Assembly: GCA_963740355.1 (NCBI GenBank)
Contig: CAVUDW010000003.1
Span: forward strand, 1,824,001-1,888,000
Source: an uncultured Gemmatimonadaceae bacterium
GTDB taxonomy: Bacteria > Gemmatimonadota > Gemmatimonadetes > Gemmatimonadales > Gemmatimonadaceae
Length of the DNA stretch: 64,000 nucleotides
Reading direction: 5' to 3'
Within the stretch, counting starts at the first letter, position 1, and each line of letters opens with the position of its first letter. The notes beneath the pieces were generated by a model that did no database searches, was not told where the DNA came from, and saw nothing but the letters and a program-made list of their open reading frames with translations. Below are positions 31,508 to 41,788 of the stretch, in pieces. The position numbers were made by a program, and so were the translations under genes.

Positions 31508-31921
31508 TCAGCGCGTCGGAACAGGTACAGCCACCACTTCGAGGCCGTCGATCCCGGCAAAGTCATCGGGATTGCACGTGTACACCGGCAGCGCATGCGC
31601 CAGCGCCGTTGCCGCGATCATGGCGTCGTAGGACCGGGCCGCCGTCTTCCGTCCCGACTGCCGGAGTGAGGCAGCCACGCGGCCGAAGGCACGGGCTGCG
31701 CTGGCATCAAAGGGCAGCGCATCGAAATCAGATTCGGCCTGCTGAAGATGCGCCTGTCGCGCCGCGCGCTCCCGATCCGTCGTCGCGACCAGCGGCCCCA
31801 CGGTCAACTCGGCGAGCGTGATCGCGGTGATCAGCGGTTGATCTGGGAGCACCGCTGGATCATCCAGTCGGCCGAGCATGATGACCGTGCTGGTGTCGAG
31901 GATGCCGCGCGCGTGACTCAC
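31508..31921 (-). CDS. vapC: PIN-domain toxin (VapC family)
   Basis: ILDTSTVI, TLAEL, YDAMIAATAL, TCNPDDF. Confidence 0.9.
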   Translation of the reverse strand: MSHARGILDTSTVIMLGRLDDPAVLPDQPLITAITLAELTVGPLVATTDRERAARQAHLQQAESDFDALPFDASAARAFGRVAASLRQSGRKTAARSYDAMIAATALAHALPVYTCNPDDFAGIDGLEVVAVPVPTR

Positions 31922-32166
31922 CCGTCAGCCCACAGTGAGGCGTTCAACACGCGGTCCAGGTCAGCCCGGAGCTGCTGCGCGTCGACAGGCGGCAGCCGGC
32001 GCCACCGCTGGAGCAACGTGGCCGCTGTGAGCCCGCGCCCCGGAATGGGGCGCAGCTCGGCGATAGGTTGGCCGTCCATCGTGACAGTGAGCGTCTCGCC
32101 GCCGGCGACGCGCTGCAGGACTCGGCCACCGTTATTGCGGAGTTCTCGGACGGAGATGTTGTCCAT
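31918..32166 (-). CDS. Phd/YefM-family antitoxin
   Basis: ISVRELRN...VAGGETLTVTMDGQPIAELRP; overlaps the toxin start. Start 32166 or 32181. Confidence 0.85.
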   Translation of the reverse strand: MDNISVRELRNNGGRVLQRVAGGETLTVTMDGQPIAELRPIPGRGLTAATLLQRWRRLPPVDAQQLRADLDRVLNASLWADG

Positions 32167-32261
32167 TCCGGATTGTATCACGCGTGAGACGGCGAGGCAA
32201 GCGTGGTTGTTTTTCGGCCGGTCTCCAGCCCGATCTCAAAACGGGTATACCGACACAGCTC

Positions 32262-32445
32262 CCAGAGCGTGTGCCCGTGGAATGTGAAGTTCACGACCGA
32301 GCTGCGTGAGCCGGCGTTTGCGCCGTGCGACCTCGTCGCCGAGCGCGCGTCGCGCGACGACTCGCGAGCGCTGGCGCGCGAGATCCTGATGATGGAGCCG
32401 GTCGACTAAGCGAATACGTTCAAGGGTAGCGCCATCACGCTCGCA
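32262..32445 (+). pseudogene. queG: queG 3' fragment A
   Basis: First 31 nt match queG 27737-27767 at 30/31; reads QSVCPWNVKFTTELREPAF...LAREILMMEPVD*ANTFKGSAITLA. Confidence 0.9.
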
Positions 32446-32535
32446 GCAGGGATCGCGCGCGGCATCTTCCGCCAATTTCCATGCGGGCGGCGGCGAGTAT
32501 GCGCGCCAGCGACTGGAGGATGCGAACGCGGGAGT

Positions 32536-34725
32536 CTACTTCCAGCGATATCGGAGGGCCACGTTCGCCATGAACCCTTCCAGCGGCGCCCAGACGTCGG
32601 TCGTCCACCGGCCACCCATGCCCCTCGTACGTCGTACCAAGGAGTCAGTATCCGTCTGCCGCACGTTGAGCAGGTTCTCGAAATTGGCCACCAGCTCGAC
32701 GGGTCCAAACTGCTTCGCCGCGATGGCCATCATGTACACGTAGGGCTTCGACGTGGTGCGGAAGGGATTGTCATCGAGAGGCTGTGCGCCAAACCACGTG
32801 CCTTCAATGCCCATGCGATAGACACCGGGGCGCTCGAGCATCAGATCACCGCCCACGCGATGACGCGGCAGCAGCGGCATCGCTTCGCGCGTCCCCGTGA
32901 ATGCATCGGGCCGACTGCCCCGGGAGTAGCCGTAGTTCGCGATGAACTTTCCGCCGGAGAAGCGCCAGACCGCGAGCGTTTCGATGCCGCCGACGCGCGT
33001 GCGCGCTGGGGCATTCTGTAGCAACGTCTCCCCTGCCGTCCCCACCCCGTCAGTCAGTTGCACGGCATCGGCGATGCTCGAGCCATACACGGTGAGCAGG
33101 ACTTCAGCCCGGAGCAGCGTGCCGTTGATGTCCAGCATCGCGCCGAGACTGCGTTCGGGATCGAGCGGTTGCGTCACGCGGACACCACGTAGCCCAGTCG
33201 CCTCCGTCTCTTCAGTCCGTCCAGTCAGTGCCGCGTACCCGTTGCCAACACTGCCGCGCACGGTCCATCCCTCCACTGGACGCGCGAGCAGCGCCACGCG
33301 CTCCGTGAGCTGCAGCCCCGCGTCGGGATGTGCGTCGGCGCGAACACTCGCGGAGACCGTCACGGGGCCGACGCCGCGTTCTGCCGTCACGAAGGCACCG
33401 GGAATGACCCAGCGATGATCGAACGTCGCGTTCAGTACGTTTTTGTAGTTGTCGAGCTGCACGACGCTGCCCAGCACGACTGCGCGCCGCTCCGCATCGA
33501 AGGCGCGCGTGACCTCGAGGAACCCTGTCGTGGTCTCGTCGTCCTCGCGTGCGCCCGGGCCGAACGCCCGCGCCCTCGCGCTGCCTGCAACGGCGAACCG
33601 CATCGACAGGCTGCCGCCCTTCATCGGAAGACGTGCTGTTCCGCCGATGTCGGCGCGCGTGCTGCGAAGCGCTTCGCGAAACGGCGTCCCATCCGGTGCG
33701 TTCGCCCCGCCGACGGTGCCGCCGACCCGATCATCGTATCCGACGCCCACCGTGAGGAACAGCGACCTCCCACGCGAGTCAACCGCGTGCAGTCGTGGAC
33801 GCAGGCTCCACCGCGACGCGCGCGATTGGTCCGCCCAGCCGTCGTCGTCGATGTCCTGCGCCGCCTGCGTCGTGCCGGCTGCAAGCAGCGACACACCAAC
33901 GCCCCTGCCGAAGCGATGACTGAGCCACGTCGCGCCGTCGGTCACGCCCAGCGTGCGGCGATTGAGCAGCAGCTCGTTCTGCCCGGTGGGTGGCTTCGAC
34001 ACCATGTTGATCACGCCACCCAACGCCTGTCCGCCGTACAGCGCCGACGCGGCGCCCTTGATGATCTCGACGCGCTGCAGATCGACCGGCGAGATGTCGA
34101 GCGGGCCCAACGCGCTCGCGCTGGCGCCATAGAGCGGCAACCCATCGGCGAGCATGACGGTGTACTGGCCCGGCAGTCCGAGAATACGCACGCTTCCCGT
34201 GCCCAGTCCGGGCGCTGCCGCCTGCACACGCAGCCCTGGCGTTTCGTTGAGCAGCATGCTGATGCCGCTGGGAGACATCAGCGTCTTCTCGTCGACTTCC
34301 ATCTCGTCGACGACTTCGACGCGGATCGGCGATGCACCGGCCAGACGTTCGATGCGCGTCGCGCTCACGCGCACCTCCGGCATTTGCATGGCCATCTCGC
34401 CCATTGCCGTGTTGCTCATGGTCGCGGTCACGATGACGGTGACTAGGCTATCGCGAACCACTCGCGTGGTGAGGCGGATGGGGGCGAAACCGATGCGCGT
34501 GACGGTGATGAGATGGCTTCCGACTGGCAGCACGAGCCGTGCAACGCCAGCGCTATCGCTCACGGCGCTCCGCCCGACCGACTGCACGAGAAAGCCCGCG
34601 ATCATTCCCATGGATTCCTGCACGGTGACGTGGACGCGTCCACTGTCGGCTTGCTGGCCGGAGAGCGGCGTGGCGCCAACGAGCAACGCGACAATGGCGA
34701 GCAGAGCGAGCAGTCGGTGCGTCAT
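32536..34725 (-). CDS. TonB-dependent receptor
   Basis: Signal peptide; plug LNETPGLRVQ and RVEIIKGAASALYGGQALGGVIN; FENLLN near the C terminus. Confidence 0.9.
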   Translation of the reverse strand: MTHRLLALLAIVALLVGATPLSGQQADSGRVHVTVQESMGMIAGFLVQSVGRSAVSDSAGVARLVLPVGSHLITVTRIGFAPIRLTTRVVRDSLVTVIVTATMSNTAMGEMAMQMPEVRVSATRIERLAGASPIRVEVVDEMEVDEKTLMSPSGISMLLNETPGLRVQAAAPGLGTGSVRILGLPGQYTVMLADGLPLYGASASALGPLDISPVDLQRVEIIKGAASALYGGQALGGVINMVSKPPTGQNELLLNRRTLGVTDGATWLSHRFGRGVGVSLLAAGTTQAAQDIDDDGWADQSRASRWSLRPRLHAVDSRGRSLFLTVGVGYDDRVGGTVGGANAPDGTPFREALRSTRADIGGTARLPMKGGSLSMRFAVAGSARARAFGPGAREDDETTTGFLEVTRAFDAERRAVVLGSVVQLDNYKNVLNATFDHRWVIPGAFVTAERGVGPVTVSASVRADAHPDAGLQLTERVALLARPVEGWTVRGSVGNGYAALTGRTEETEATGLRGVRVTQPLDPERSLGAMLDINGTLLRAEVLLTVYGSSIADAVQLTDGVGTAGETLLQNAPARTRVGGIETLAVWRFSGGKFIANYGYSRGSRPDAFTGTREAMPLLPRHRVGGDLMLERPGVYRMGIEGTWFGAQPLDDNPFRTTSKPYVYMMAIAAKQFGPVELVANFENLLNVRQTDTDSLVRRTRGMGGRWTTDVWAPLEGFMANVALRYRWK

Positions 34726-34784
34726 GTGTGAACGTTAGCAGCCGTCAGCAACTCGCGGCTCGTGGCACGATCCCGCCTCCCGTG

Positions 34785-34881
34785 TCGCAGAATCTTTCAC
34801 GGACTCGCCGTTCCGGGCGCGATCGTTTTTGGACGGGAAAGACGCGCTGACGCTGGCGATGCCGCGGTGGTGCTGGAGAAC
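34785..34881 (+). pseudogene. queG: queG 3' fragment B (internally deleted)
   Basis: DSPFRARSFLDGKDALTLA joined to AAVVLEN; queG has DSPFNTREFIAGKDAVTLA...NATVVLSN. Confidence 0.75.
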
Positions 34882-35157
34882 TCGAGCAGGGAGCGCCCGG
34901 CGGCGCGCATGGTCTGGCGTTCTGGGTTCAGAATCGAGGAACGATCATGGACCCTGACCGCATGGCTTCGACGGGCATGCTGCCGGACTACCCGTCAACC
35001 ATGGACCCGGGCAATACCGTCGCAAGTGACTAGGAATGTCCTATTCGTCGTGTTCGCCATGCGGCGAATTCCGTATGGGCGCAGCACCTAGGCTGGCGGC
35101 GTCATACGAAAGAATCGCTAGCTTTCGTCGCATGACGCTTCCACACGCCAGCGCCCA

Positions 35158-36096
35158 ATGAGCGCCGGCCTCCTCGCACTCGTCGACGATCTCACCGCCC
35201 TCGCCAAGCTCGTCGCATCCTCCGTGGACGATGCCGCAGCGCAGGGCAGCAAAGCCATCGGCAAGGCCTCGGGCATCGTGATCGACGATGCCGCCGTGAC
35301 GCCACGTTACGTGATCGGATACGCGGCCGACCGTGAACTGCCGATCATCGCGAAGATCGCCAAGGGTTCGCTGGTCAACAAGCTGGTGATCCTGACGCCG
35401 GTCTGCCTGCTGCTGAACAGACTGGCGCCATGGCTGCTGACGCCGCTGCTCATGCTCGGCGGCCTCTATCTCGCCTTCGAAGGCTACGTGAAGGTGATGG
35501 AAATGGTACGAGGCAAGACGGTGACGACCGCTTCCGCAGCGGGTACGACGGCGGAGACTGGCGCCGCATCCGAAAAGGCGAAGGTCGCCGGCGCCGTGCG
35601 CACCGACTTCATCCTGTCGGCCGAGATCATGGCCATCACGCTCGCGACCGTGGCCACGGCGCCGTTCGTGACGCAGGTAGTCGTCCTGGTGCTCGTGGGC
35701 ATCGGCATGACTGTGCTGGTGTACGGCACCGTGGCGCTGATCGTGAAGGCCGACGACTTCGGCGCCTATCTCGCGCAGACGGGCAGTGGTGCCGCGCGCG
35801 CACTCGGTCGCGGTATCGTGGTCGGGATGCCGAAGCTGCTGGCCGCGCTCGGCTTCGTCGGCATGCTGGCGATGCTCTGGGTCGGTGGCGGCATCATCAC
35901 GCACGGCCTGCATGAACTCGGCGTGCATGGGCCGGAGGAGTTCGTGCAGCACCTCGGCGCGCTGGCAGGCGGCGCGGTGCCTGCGATGGCGGGTGCCGTG
36001 TCCTGGCTCGTGACGGCCGCAATCTCCGCCGTCATCGGTCTCGCGCTCGGCGCGATCGTCTCACCGATCGGACACAGGGTGCTGCCGGCGCACTGA
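35158..36096 (+). CDS. DUF808 family inner-membrane protein
   Basis: GLLALVDD, GIVIDDAAVTP, RELPII, GAVRTDFILSAEIM, AMLWVGGGI. Confidence 0.88.
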   Translation: MSAGLLALVDDLTALAKLVASSVDDAAAQGSKAIGKASGIVIDDAAVTPRYVIGYAADRELPIIAKIAKGSLVNKLVILTPVCLLLNRLAPWLLTPLLMLGGLYLAFEGYVKVMEMVRGKTVTTASAAGTTAETGAASEKAKVAGAVRTDFILSAEIMAITLATVATAPFVTQVVVLVLVGIGMTVLVYGTVALIVKADDFGAYLAQTGSGAARALGRGIVVGMPKLLAALGFVGMLAMLWVGGGIITHGLHELGVHGPEEFVQHLGALAGGAVPAMAGAVSWLVTAAISAVIGLALGAIVSPIGHRVLPAH

Positions 36097-36123
36097 CGTC
36101 GCGCGCTGTTTGTTCTCAGCGTC

Positions 36124-36380
36124 AGAACTTGCGGGTGTAGCCGACACGAACGACCTGCCTCTCCAGGCAGTCGGTGCGCAGCAGTTGAAAGTTCGTCAAG
36201 CGGATCGTGCGTCGCCTGATTCGTGTTCAGCACGTCAGTGGCGTTGACCACGATCTCACCCTTGCCACTTTGTACCGAGACTTTCGCTCGAAGATCGCGC
36301 GAAAAGCGGCTGCCGATGCGGCCCTGCGGCAGCAGGTCCGGCGCGAGATACTCGCCCGACACCTGCGCTTGCCTGTCATG
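36124..36380 (-). pseudogene. Frameshifted C-terminal remnant of an outer-membrane beta-barrel/TonB-type receptor
   Basis: YLAPDLLPQGRIGSRFS...GKGEIVVNATDVLNT, then in another frame RQVVRVGYTRKF*; no 5' part. Confidence 0.6.
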
Positions 36381-36400
36381 GGGCAGTCGCAACACGGGCG

Positions 36401-36553
36401 CGGGAGTTCATCGCGGAGAAAGACTTGCGCACGCTGGCGCAGGACATCCTCGCGCCGGATCGGGAGCAGTTCAGCGCGGCGCTCCGGAAGTCACCGATGA
36501 AGCGGGCGATATTGGCTGGATTGCGGCGGAATGCGGCTTTGGTGGTCACCAAC
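36401..36553 (+). pseudogene. queG: queG 3' fragment C
   Basis: REFIAEKDLRTLAQDILAPDREQFSAALRKSPMKRAILAGLRRNAALVVTN, collinear with queG 27804-27956. Confidence 0.92.
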
Positions 36554-36905
36554 GATGCCGAACGGTGACGTTCGTCAGGCGCGACCCATTCTCGTGGCCT
36601 GAAGTCATTGCGCCAGTGATGGTTTCCGTGTGAGCGCGGCCGGACGAGACGTCACCACCGGGCACGCGGGAATGCGTGCGTCAGACCGGCTGACACGGTT
36701 TCCACGACGCTCCGAGTCAAGTCGCAGACCCCACGCTACGTGGCCAACCGGTCGAGGCCGTCTTCGCCCGCGAGAGAATACGCCTCCATGACGCGGAGCA
36801 GGAACTTTGTACTGAAACTTCCGTACGTCATGCCACGCGTGACCCATCCGACAGGCAGCCTCTTTGTCACACTCGACGTCGTCTCCTCTCTCACCCGACA
36901 GCCCG

Positions 36906-38135
36906 ATGACCATCAGCATGCTCGTCCGGTCTTTGATCGCCGCGGCGTTATTCGCACTGCCCGCCGTTGCTCAATCGTCGAGAGCACGTTCGGACGGGCG
37001 AGTGGAAATTTCGATCAACTCGACTGTGCTCGGTGCGAGTCGACGCGTCATTCTCGCGCCACCATACGGCGGAACGAGTACCGAGGCGCATGCGGTGCTG
37101 CTGCTGCTCGACGCGGATGACGAGCCGCAGTTCAACGCCGCTGTCGCGAACATCCGCTTCCTCGAGGATCGTGGAGCGATCCCGCGGCTGCTCGTTGTGG
37201 GTATTCCGAATGGTGCGACGCGCAATCGAGACCTTGCCCCCGCAGCAACCATGCAGACAAATGTCGCAGATCCGGCATTACGCGAGGGCCCGGAACGTTT
37301 CGCTCGCTTCCTCGAGTCGGAGGCGCTGCCCGCAGTACGCGCGAGGTTTCGTACCCTTCCGTACACGGTCATTGCCGGACACTCGCTTGGCGCGCTCTTC
37401 GTATTGCAGCTGATCGCGAACCGACCCGGACCCTACGCAGCGGCGATTGCGATGAGTCCGTCGCTGTGGTGGAGCAATGGCGCGCTCGGTGCGCCGTTCG
37501 CCGATGCCATCAAGCGTCTGCGATCGCCGTTTCGCTTATTTGTGTCGAGTGGTGCGTTCGAGCCGCGCATAGACAAGCCGACGCAGCAGTTCATCGCGAC
37601 ATTGGAATCCAACCCACCATTGGGTTCGCTCGACTTTCGGTCGCGACACTACCTGGACGACTCTCACGCTCTCACACCGCTCGTGAGCCTGACTGACGGG
37701 CTACGCTTCATCTTCGAACCGATCGGCTTGGCCGTCAGCGCGATGAACAAGCTTGACGGCGAGTCCGATTCCACGAGCATCGTCACGGCATTCTCCGGCG
37801 TGACGAAGCGCTACTCGGCCGGCGCAAGGGCAATCGGCCTGGATACGTTGCTCCCGGAGTCCTTCGCCCTCCAATCGGGCGCGTCCGTGCTGCGGAATAT
37901 GCAGAAGCCTGGCGCCGCGCGTGTCATTCTCAACTGGGCCGTGCAGGCCTATCCTCAGTCTGCCGCCGCCCACGAAACGTTCGCCGACGCGCTGGTAGCC
38001 GCTGGTGACACTTTGCTGGCCCACACGGAATACGCGCGAGCGATCGTGCTCGCGAGTGCTGCCGGCGATTCGTCGGTCAGTGGCATTCGCGCCAAGCAGC
38101 GCGCCATCAAGCAACCGGTTCCACCGCCCCGCTGA
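36906..38135 (+). CDS. Secreted alpha/beta hydrolase (IroE/Fes-like esterase) with TPR-like tail
   Basis: Signal peptide; RNRDL, GHSLG, SPSLWW. Confidence 0.85.
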   Translation: MTISMLVRSLIAAALFALPAVAQSSRARSDGRVEISINSTVLGASRRVILAPPYGGTSTEAHAVLLLLDADDEPQFNAAVANIRFLEDRGAIPRLLVVGIPNGATRNRDLAPAATMQTNVADPALREGPERFARFLESEALPAVRARFRTLPYTVIAGHSLGALFVLQLIANRPGPYAAAIAMSPSLWWSNGALGAPFADAIKRLRSPFRLFVSSGAFEPRIDKPTQQFIATLESNPPLGSLDFRSRHYLDDSHALTPLVSLTDGLRFIFEPIGLAVSAMNKLDGESDSTSIVTAFSGVTKRYSAGARAIGLDTLLPESFALQSGASVLRNMQKPGAARVILNWAVQAYPQSAAAHETFADALVAAGDTLLAHTEYARAIVLASAAGDSSVSGIRAKQRAIKQPVPPPR

Positions 38136-38172
38136 TTCGCGACACGATTCGTCGCAGGCAGCAGCAGCCAGT

Positions 38173-38232
38173 CCCCTGGAACGCGCACATCAGAAGAACG
38201 CGCACATGTCCAGCGCGACGCCGTAGTCGCCG
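38173..38232 (+). pseudogene. Possible highly eroded queG 3' fragment D
   Basis: CCCTGGAAC (PWN) and GTCCAGCGCGACGCCGTAGTCGCCG versus queG GTTCAGCGCAACGTTCCGTAAGTCGCCG. Confidence 0.4.
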
Positions 38233-38428
38233 CGCATTGCAGCACCCCAGAAGCCGAGCGAGGTGCGCCCGTATGCGCATCGATGCGGTTTCGTGGCGCG
38301 AAAGGGGAGTGCGCCGTGATCCCTCGAAACTTTGGCGCCCCGTAGCCACGCACGCACGTCGGCCTACGGCTCGCAACGACCCACTCGTCCCGTGCGGCGT
38401 CCGTGTCGCCCCTTCGCGGTGACACCGA

Positions 38429-38980
38429 TTGCCGCGCGCACCTACGTTCGGCGCATCCCCAACCCCGAACAGGAGCGCATCATCATGCCCACTGCTATGG
38501 ATCGTCACCATCGTCGCGCGTGCGAGGCTCTCGGCGGTGTCCGGTGCCGCGCTGGCCGCCACCCTGCTGGCAGCTGGGACGGCGCGAGCGCAGTCGACAC
38601 GGTCACTGGCCGTTACGCGCCCCGCGCAGGCCGCTGCAGATACGACCATTCTTTCGAGCGGCCCTGACCTGCAGGGGCTCTGGGACTTCGCAATGCGCGT
38701 AGGCGACCGACCGTCCACCGGCTTCTTCGCGCTCGGCCCCGTCGAACGGGGATGGGCTGGCTCGCTCACGCCATACCTCACGAACACGCTGGCGATCCGC
38801 CTGCTCACCGTGGACGGGGACTCGGTGCGGATGGTCGTTGCGTCGCGGGAGGGCGATGTGCGATTTCATGGGCGGCTGACCGACAACGGACGCACGATGG
38901 AAGGCATCGTGGACTATCACGGCGGCGTGCGCGTTCCGATGACGGCCACGCGCCGCGCCCAGCCTGTCGCGCCACGCTGA
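38429..38980 (+). CDS. Hypothetical secreted protein (start uncertain)
   Basis: Signal-like ALAATLLAAGTARAQ; beta-rich domain; upstream of LytS/LytTR. Confidence 0.55.
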   Translation: MPRAPTFGASPTPNRSASSCPLLWIVTIVARARLSAVSGAALAATLLAAGTARAQSTRSLAVTRPAQAAADTTILSSGPDLQGLWDFAMRVGDRPSTGFFALGPVERGWAGSLTPYLTNTLAIRLLTVDGDSVRMVVASREGDVRFHGRLTDNGRTMEGIVDYHGGVRVPMTATRRAQPVAPR

Positions 38981-38990
38981 GCCCAGCCGC

Positions 38991-40199
38991 ATGAGCGGAA
39001 TGGCCGTCCCCAATGCCCTTGATCGCACCGAGTCCCTCCCCGGATACTCAAAGGTGACGACACGCGCGCAAGAACTGGGGGATGTCGGCTCTTCGGAGTC
39101 GGCCACGGAGCGGCGTATCGTCCCGGTGGGGGCCGTCGTGCTGACGACGTTCTTTGCCCTGCTCTACGGGCTGCGCGGCAGCATCGCGGCCCTCGACCGT
39201 GGCGAGGATCCGCGCTGGGCGCAGCAGGTCGGCTGGTCACTCGCCATGTGGTGGACCTGCCTGCCACTGCTACCGCCGCTGGCGTCCCTCGTCCACCGGT
39301 TCCCGGTGGGACGCCCGCATCCGTGGAGGAACGCCGGCATCCTGCTGCTCGGCACGGCGACGGCCGCCTGGCTCCGGCACGTTGTGATGACCCCGGTCGT
39401 GGTGGCGATCACCGGTGTCCCCGACGTAGCGGCGAGCGCTGCCGCGCGGACTCTCACGTACTTCACCGTCTTCCTCGTGATGGTCGCGCTCCTCCACGCC
39501 TCTCACTACTACCGCGCGGAACGAGCCCGTGCAGTGCGCGAGGCAGCCCTTGCCCGAGGGCTCGCCGAGGCGCGGCTCGCCGCGCTGCGGACGCAACTGC
39601 ATCCGCACTTCGTCTTCAACGTGCTCAATGCGGTCACGACCCTCCTGCACGCCGACCCGATGGCGGCCGACCGAATGCTGACCCGCTTCGCGGCTCTATT
39701 GCGCGAGATACTGCACGAGGGGGCAGAAGAGCACGCGCTCGAGCGCGAGCTCGAGTTGTTGGCGCGCTACGTCGAACTGATGCAACTGCGTTTCGGTGAC
39801 CGCATCGTCGTGGAATGGGCCGTGGCCGATGCACCACTCGGCGCACGCGTGCCCTTTCTGGTCTTGCAGCCGCTGGTCGAGAACGCCTACGAACACGGGC
39901 TTGGCGGACGGGAAACGGGCGGACGCGTGCAGATCAGCGCGACACGCGCGGGCGACAGGCTTGAACTCGTCGTCGAGGACGATGGCGCGGGTCTCAGCGC
40001 TGAGGCAGGGTCGATCATCGGTCGAGGGAATGCGGAAACGGGTACTGGTATCGGCCTGCGCAACACGCGCGATCGCCTCGTGCAGCTCTACGGCGCGCAC
40101 GCCTCACTCGTGCTGGAGCGACCGTCGGATGGCGGTACGCGCGCGCGGGTGACGCTGCCGTTGATCGATGGACCGCACAGAAACGGGGCGCATCCATGA
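38991..40199 (+). CDS. LytS/YehU-family sensor histidine kinase
   Basis: TM helices; QLHPHFVFNVLN, LQPLVENA, VEDDG, GIGLRN. Confidence 0.9.
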   Translation: MSGMAVPNALDRTESLPGYSKVTTRAQELGDVGSSESATERRIVPVGAVVLTTFFALLYGLRGSIAALDRGEDPRWAQQVGWSLAMWWTCLPLLPPLASLVHRFPVGRPHPWRNAGILLLGTATAAWLRHVVMTPVVVAITGVPDVAASAAARTLTYFTVFLVMVALLHASHYYRAERARAVREAALARGLAEARLAALRTQLHPHFVFNVLNAVTTLLHADPMAADRMLTRFAALLREILHEGAEEHALERELELLARYVELMQLRFGDRIVVEWAVADAPLGARVPFLVLQPLVENAYEHGLGGRETGGRVQISATRAGDRLELVVEDDGAGLSAEAGSIIGRGNAETGTGIGLRNTRDRLVQLYGAHASLVLERPSDGGTRARVTLPLIDGPHRNGAHP

Positions 40200-41113
40200 A
40201 CGAACCGACGCGCGATCGGCGCGCGAGTCTTGCCGCCGAAAATCGAGGTTCCTGGAAGGTGCTGATTGCCGATGACGAGCCCCTCGCGCGCGCGCGCCTG
40301 CGTGCGCTGCTTGCGCGACATCCCGAGTTCGAGCTCACGGCGGAATGCGGAAGCGGCGCGGCGGTTCTCGCTGCGCTCCGCAACGGCCCCGCCGATGTGC
40401 TGCTCCTGGACATCCGCATGCCCGGCCTCGATGGCATCGCGACGGTGGAGGCTCTTGCCCAGGAAGCGCCATGGTCGGTGGAGCGGCCCCCATGCGTCGT
40501 CTTCGTCACGGCGAGCGAGGAGCACGCGATCCGTGCATTCGATCTGGATGCGGTCGACTACCTCGTGAAGCCGGTCGACATCGATCGCTTCGATCGGGCG
40601 ATGCGGCGACTGCTCGAGACGCTCGGGTCACCGTCCCACGCCCCCGATGCCGCAGCCATCGCGGCGGCCGATGCGGCGCTTCGGGGCGCGCTGCAGGCCC
40701 TGCATGGCGACGCGCCCGCGCCAGCCAGCGGCATCGCCGGGGGCTCCGCCTCCCACGCACGAACTGGGGCCGTATCGGAGGACAGGTATGCGAAGCGATT
40801 CGTGATCCGCGACGCGCGAGGGATGCATTTCGTGGCCGTCGCGGACGTCGACCGTGTCGAGGCGGAGGGCAACTACGTGGCGGTCTTCGCCGCGGGGCGA
40901 CGGCATCTCGTGCGTGAGTCGCTCAATGCCATCGCATCGCGGCTCGACCCGGCGGAGTTTGTGCGGGTGCATCGGTCGCATGTCGTACGGATCGACCGGA
41001 TTCGCCGCCTGGAACCCTGTGGCCATGGCGAGTACGACCTCACGCTGGGAGACGGCACCCGACTGACCTCGAGCCGGAGCTATCGGGAGCAAGTACGGCG
41101 ACTGCTCCGCTGA
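40196..41113 (+). CDS. LytTR-family response regulator
   Basis: IADDEPLAR, LLDIRMP, DYLVKP, FVRVHRS. Confidence 0.92.
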   Translation: MNEPTRDRRASLAAENRGSWKVLIADDEPLARARLRALLARHPEFELTAECGSGAAVLAALRNGPADVLLLDIRMPGLDGIATVEALAQEAPWSVERPPCVVFVTASEEHAIRAFDLDAVDYLVKPVDIDRFDRAMRRLLETLGSPSHAPDAAAIAAADAALRGALQALHGDAPAPASGIAGGSASHARTGAVSEDRYAKRFVIRDARGMHFVAVADVDRVEAEGNYVAVFAAGRRHLVRESLNAIASRLDPAEFVRVHRSHVVRIDRIRRLEPCGHGEYDLTLGDGTRLTSSRSYREQVRRLLR

Positions 41114-41209
41114 CGGAAGCGCGAGCCATGCTGCGAAATGCCGTGGGCATCACACGATGACGCGGTCGTCAGAAGACACGCGGGACCCGTGTCGGGACGC
41201 GGCAGCCGC

Positions 41210-41296
41210 GAGCTCAGCGCGGCGTTCCGGGAGTCACCGATGAAGCGGGCGAAGTTGGCGGAGCTCAGGCGGAATGCGGAGGTCGTACTCACCAAT
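41210..41296 (+). pseudogene. queG: queG 3' fragment E
   Basis: ELSAAFRESPMKRAKLAELRRNAEVVLTN, collinear with queG 27870-27956. Confidence 0.9.
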
Positions 41297-41383
41297 GCCG
41301 AGGCATGATCACGACGAAGTGAGACCGCCGGGGCTGCATGCATCGCCGCGCGCACCATGACGCTCGCCGCAACGGTCTGTCAT

Positions 41384-41779
41384 TCACAGCGACAAAGGAA
41401 CGAGTCGTGCGCGAATCCAGTCGGCCAGCAGCGCCTCCGTGACTTCTCCTCCCGCCAAGGCGACCATCATCTGCACCACATCCACCTCGGTCGCAGACAG
41501 CTCCTTCCCATTGAGTCCGAGGAAGGCCATCATCGTGACGAAAGCAGTGCGCTTGTTCCCATCGCTGAATGGATGCGCGCGCGCGAGTCCAAAGGCATAG
41601 GCTGCCGCCAGCGAGGCAAGGTCGGATGCCGGCTCGTAGGACCACTGCTGCCGTGCACGAGCAAGCGCGTCCTCGAGAGCGTTCTCGTCCCGGACGCCGG
41701 CGAGCCCTCCGTGCTCCCGCAGCTGATCGAGATGGATGGAATCCACGACGATACGCGGCACCCAGCGGGGCTCTCGCAT
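41384..41779 (-). CDS. doc: Doc (death-on-curing, Fic-family) toxin
   Basis: HGGLAGVRD, HPFSDGNKRTA. Confidence 0.92.
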   Translation of the reverse strand: MREPRWVPRIVVDSIHLDQLREHGGLAGVRDENALEDALARARQQWSYEPASDLASLAAAYAFGLARAHPFSDGNKRTAFVTMMAFLGLNGKELSATEVDVVQMMVALAGGEVTEALLADWIRARLVPLSL

Positions 41780-41788
41780 GACGCCGGT

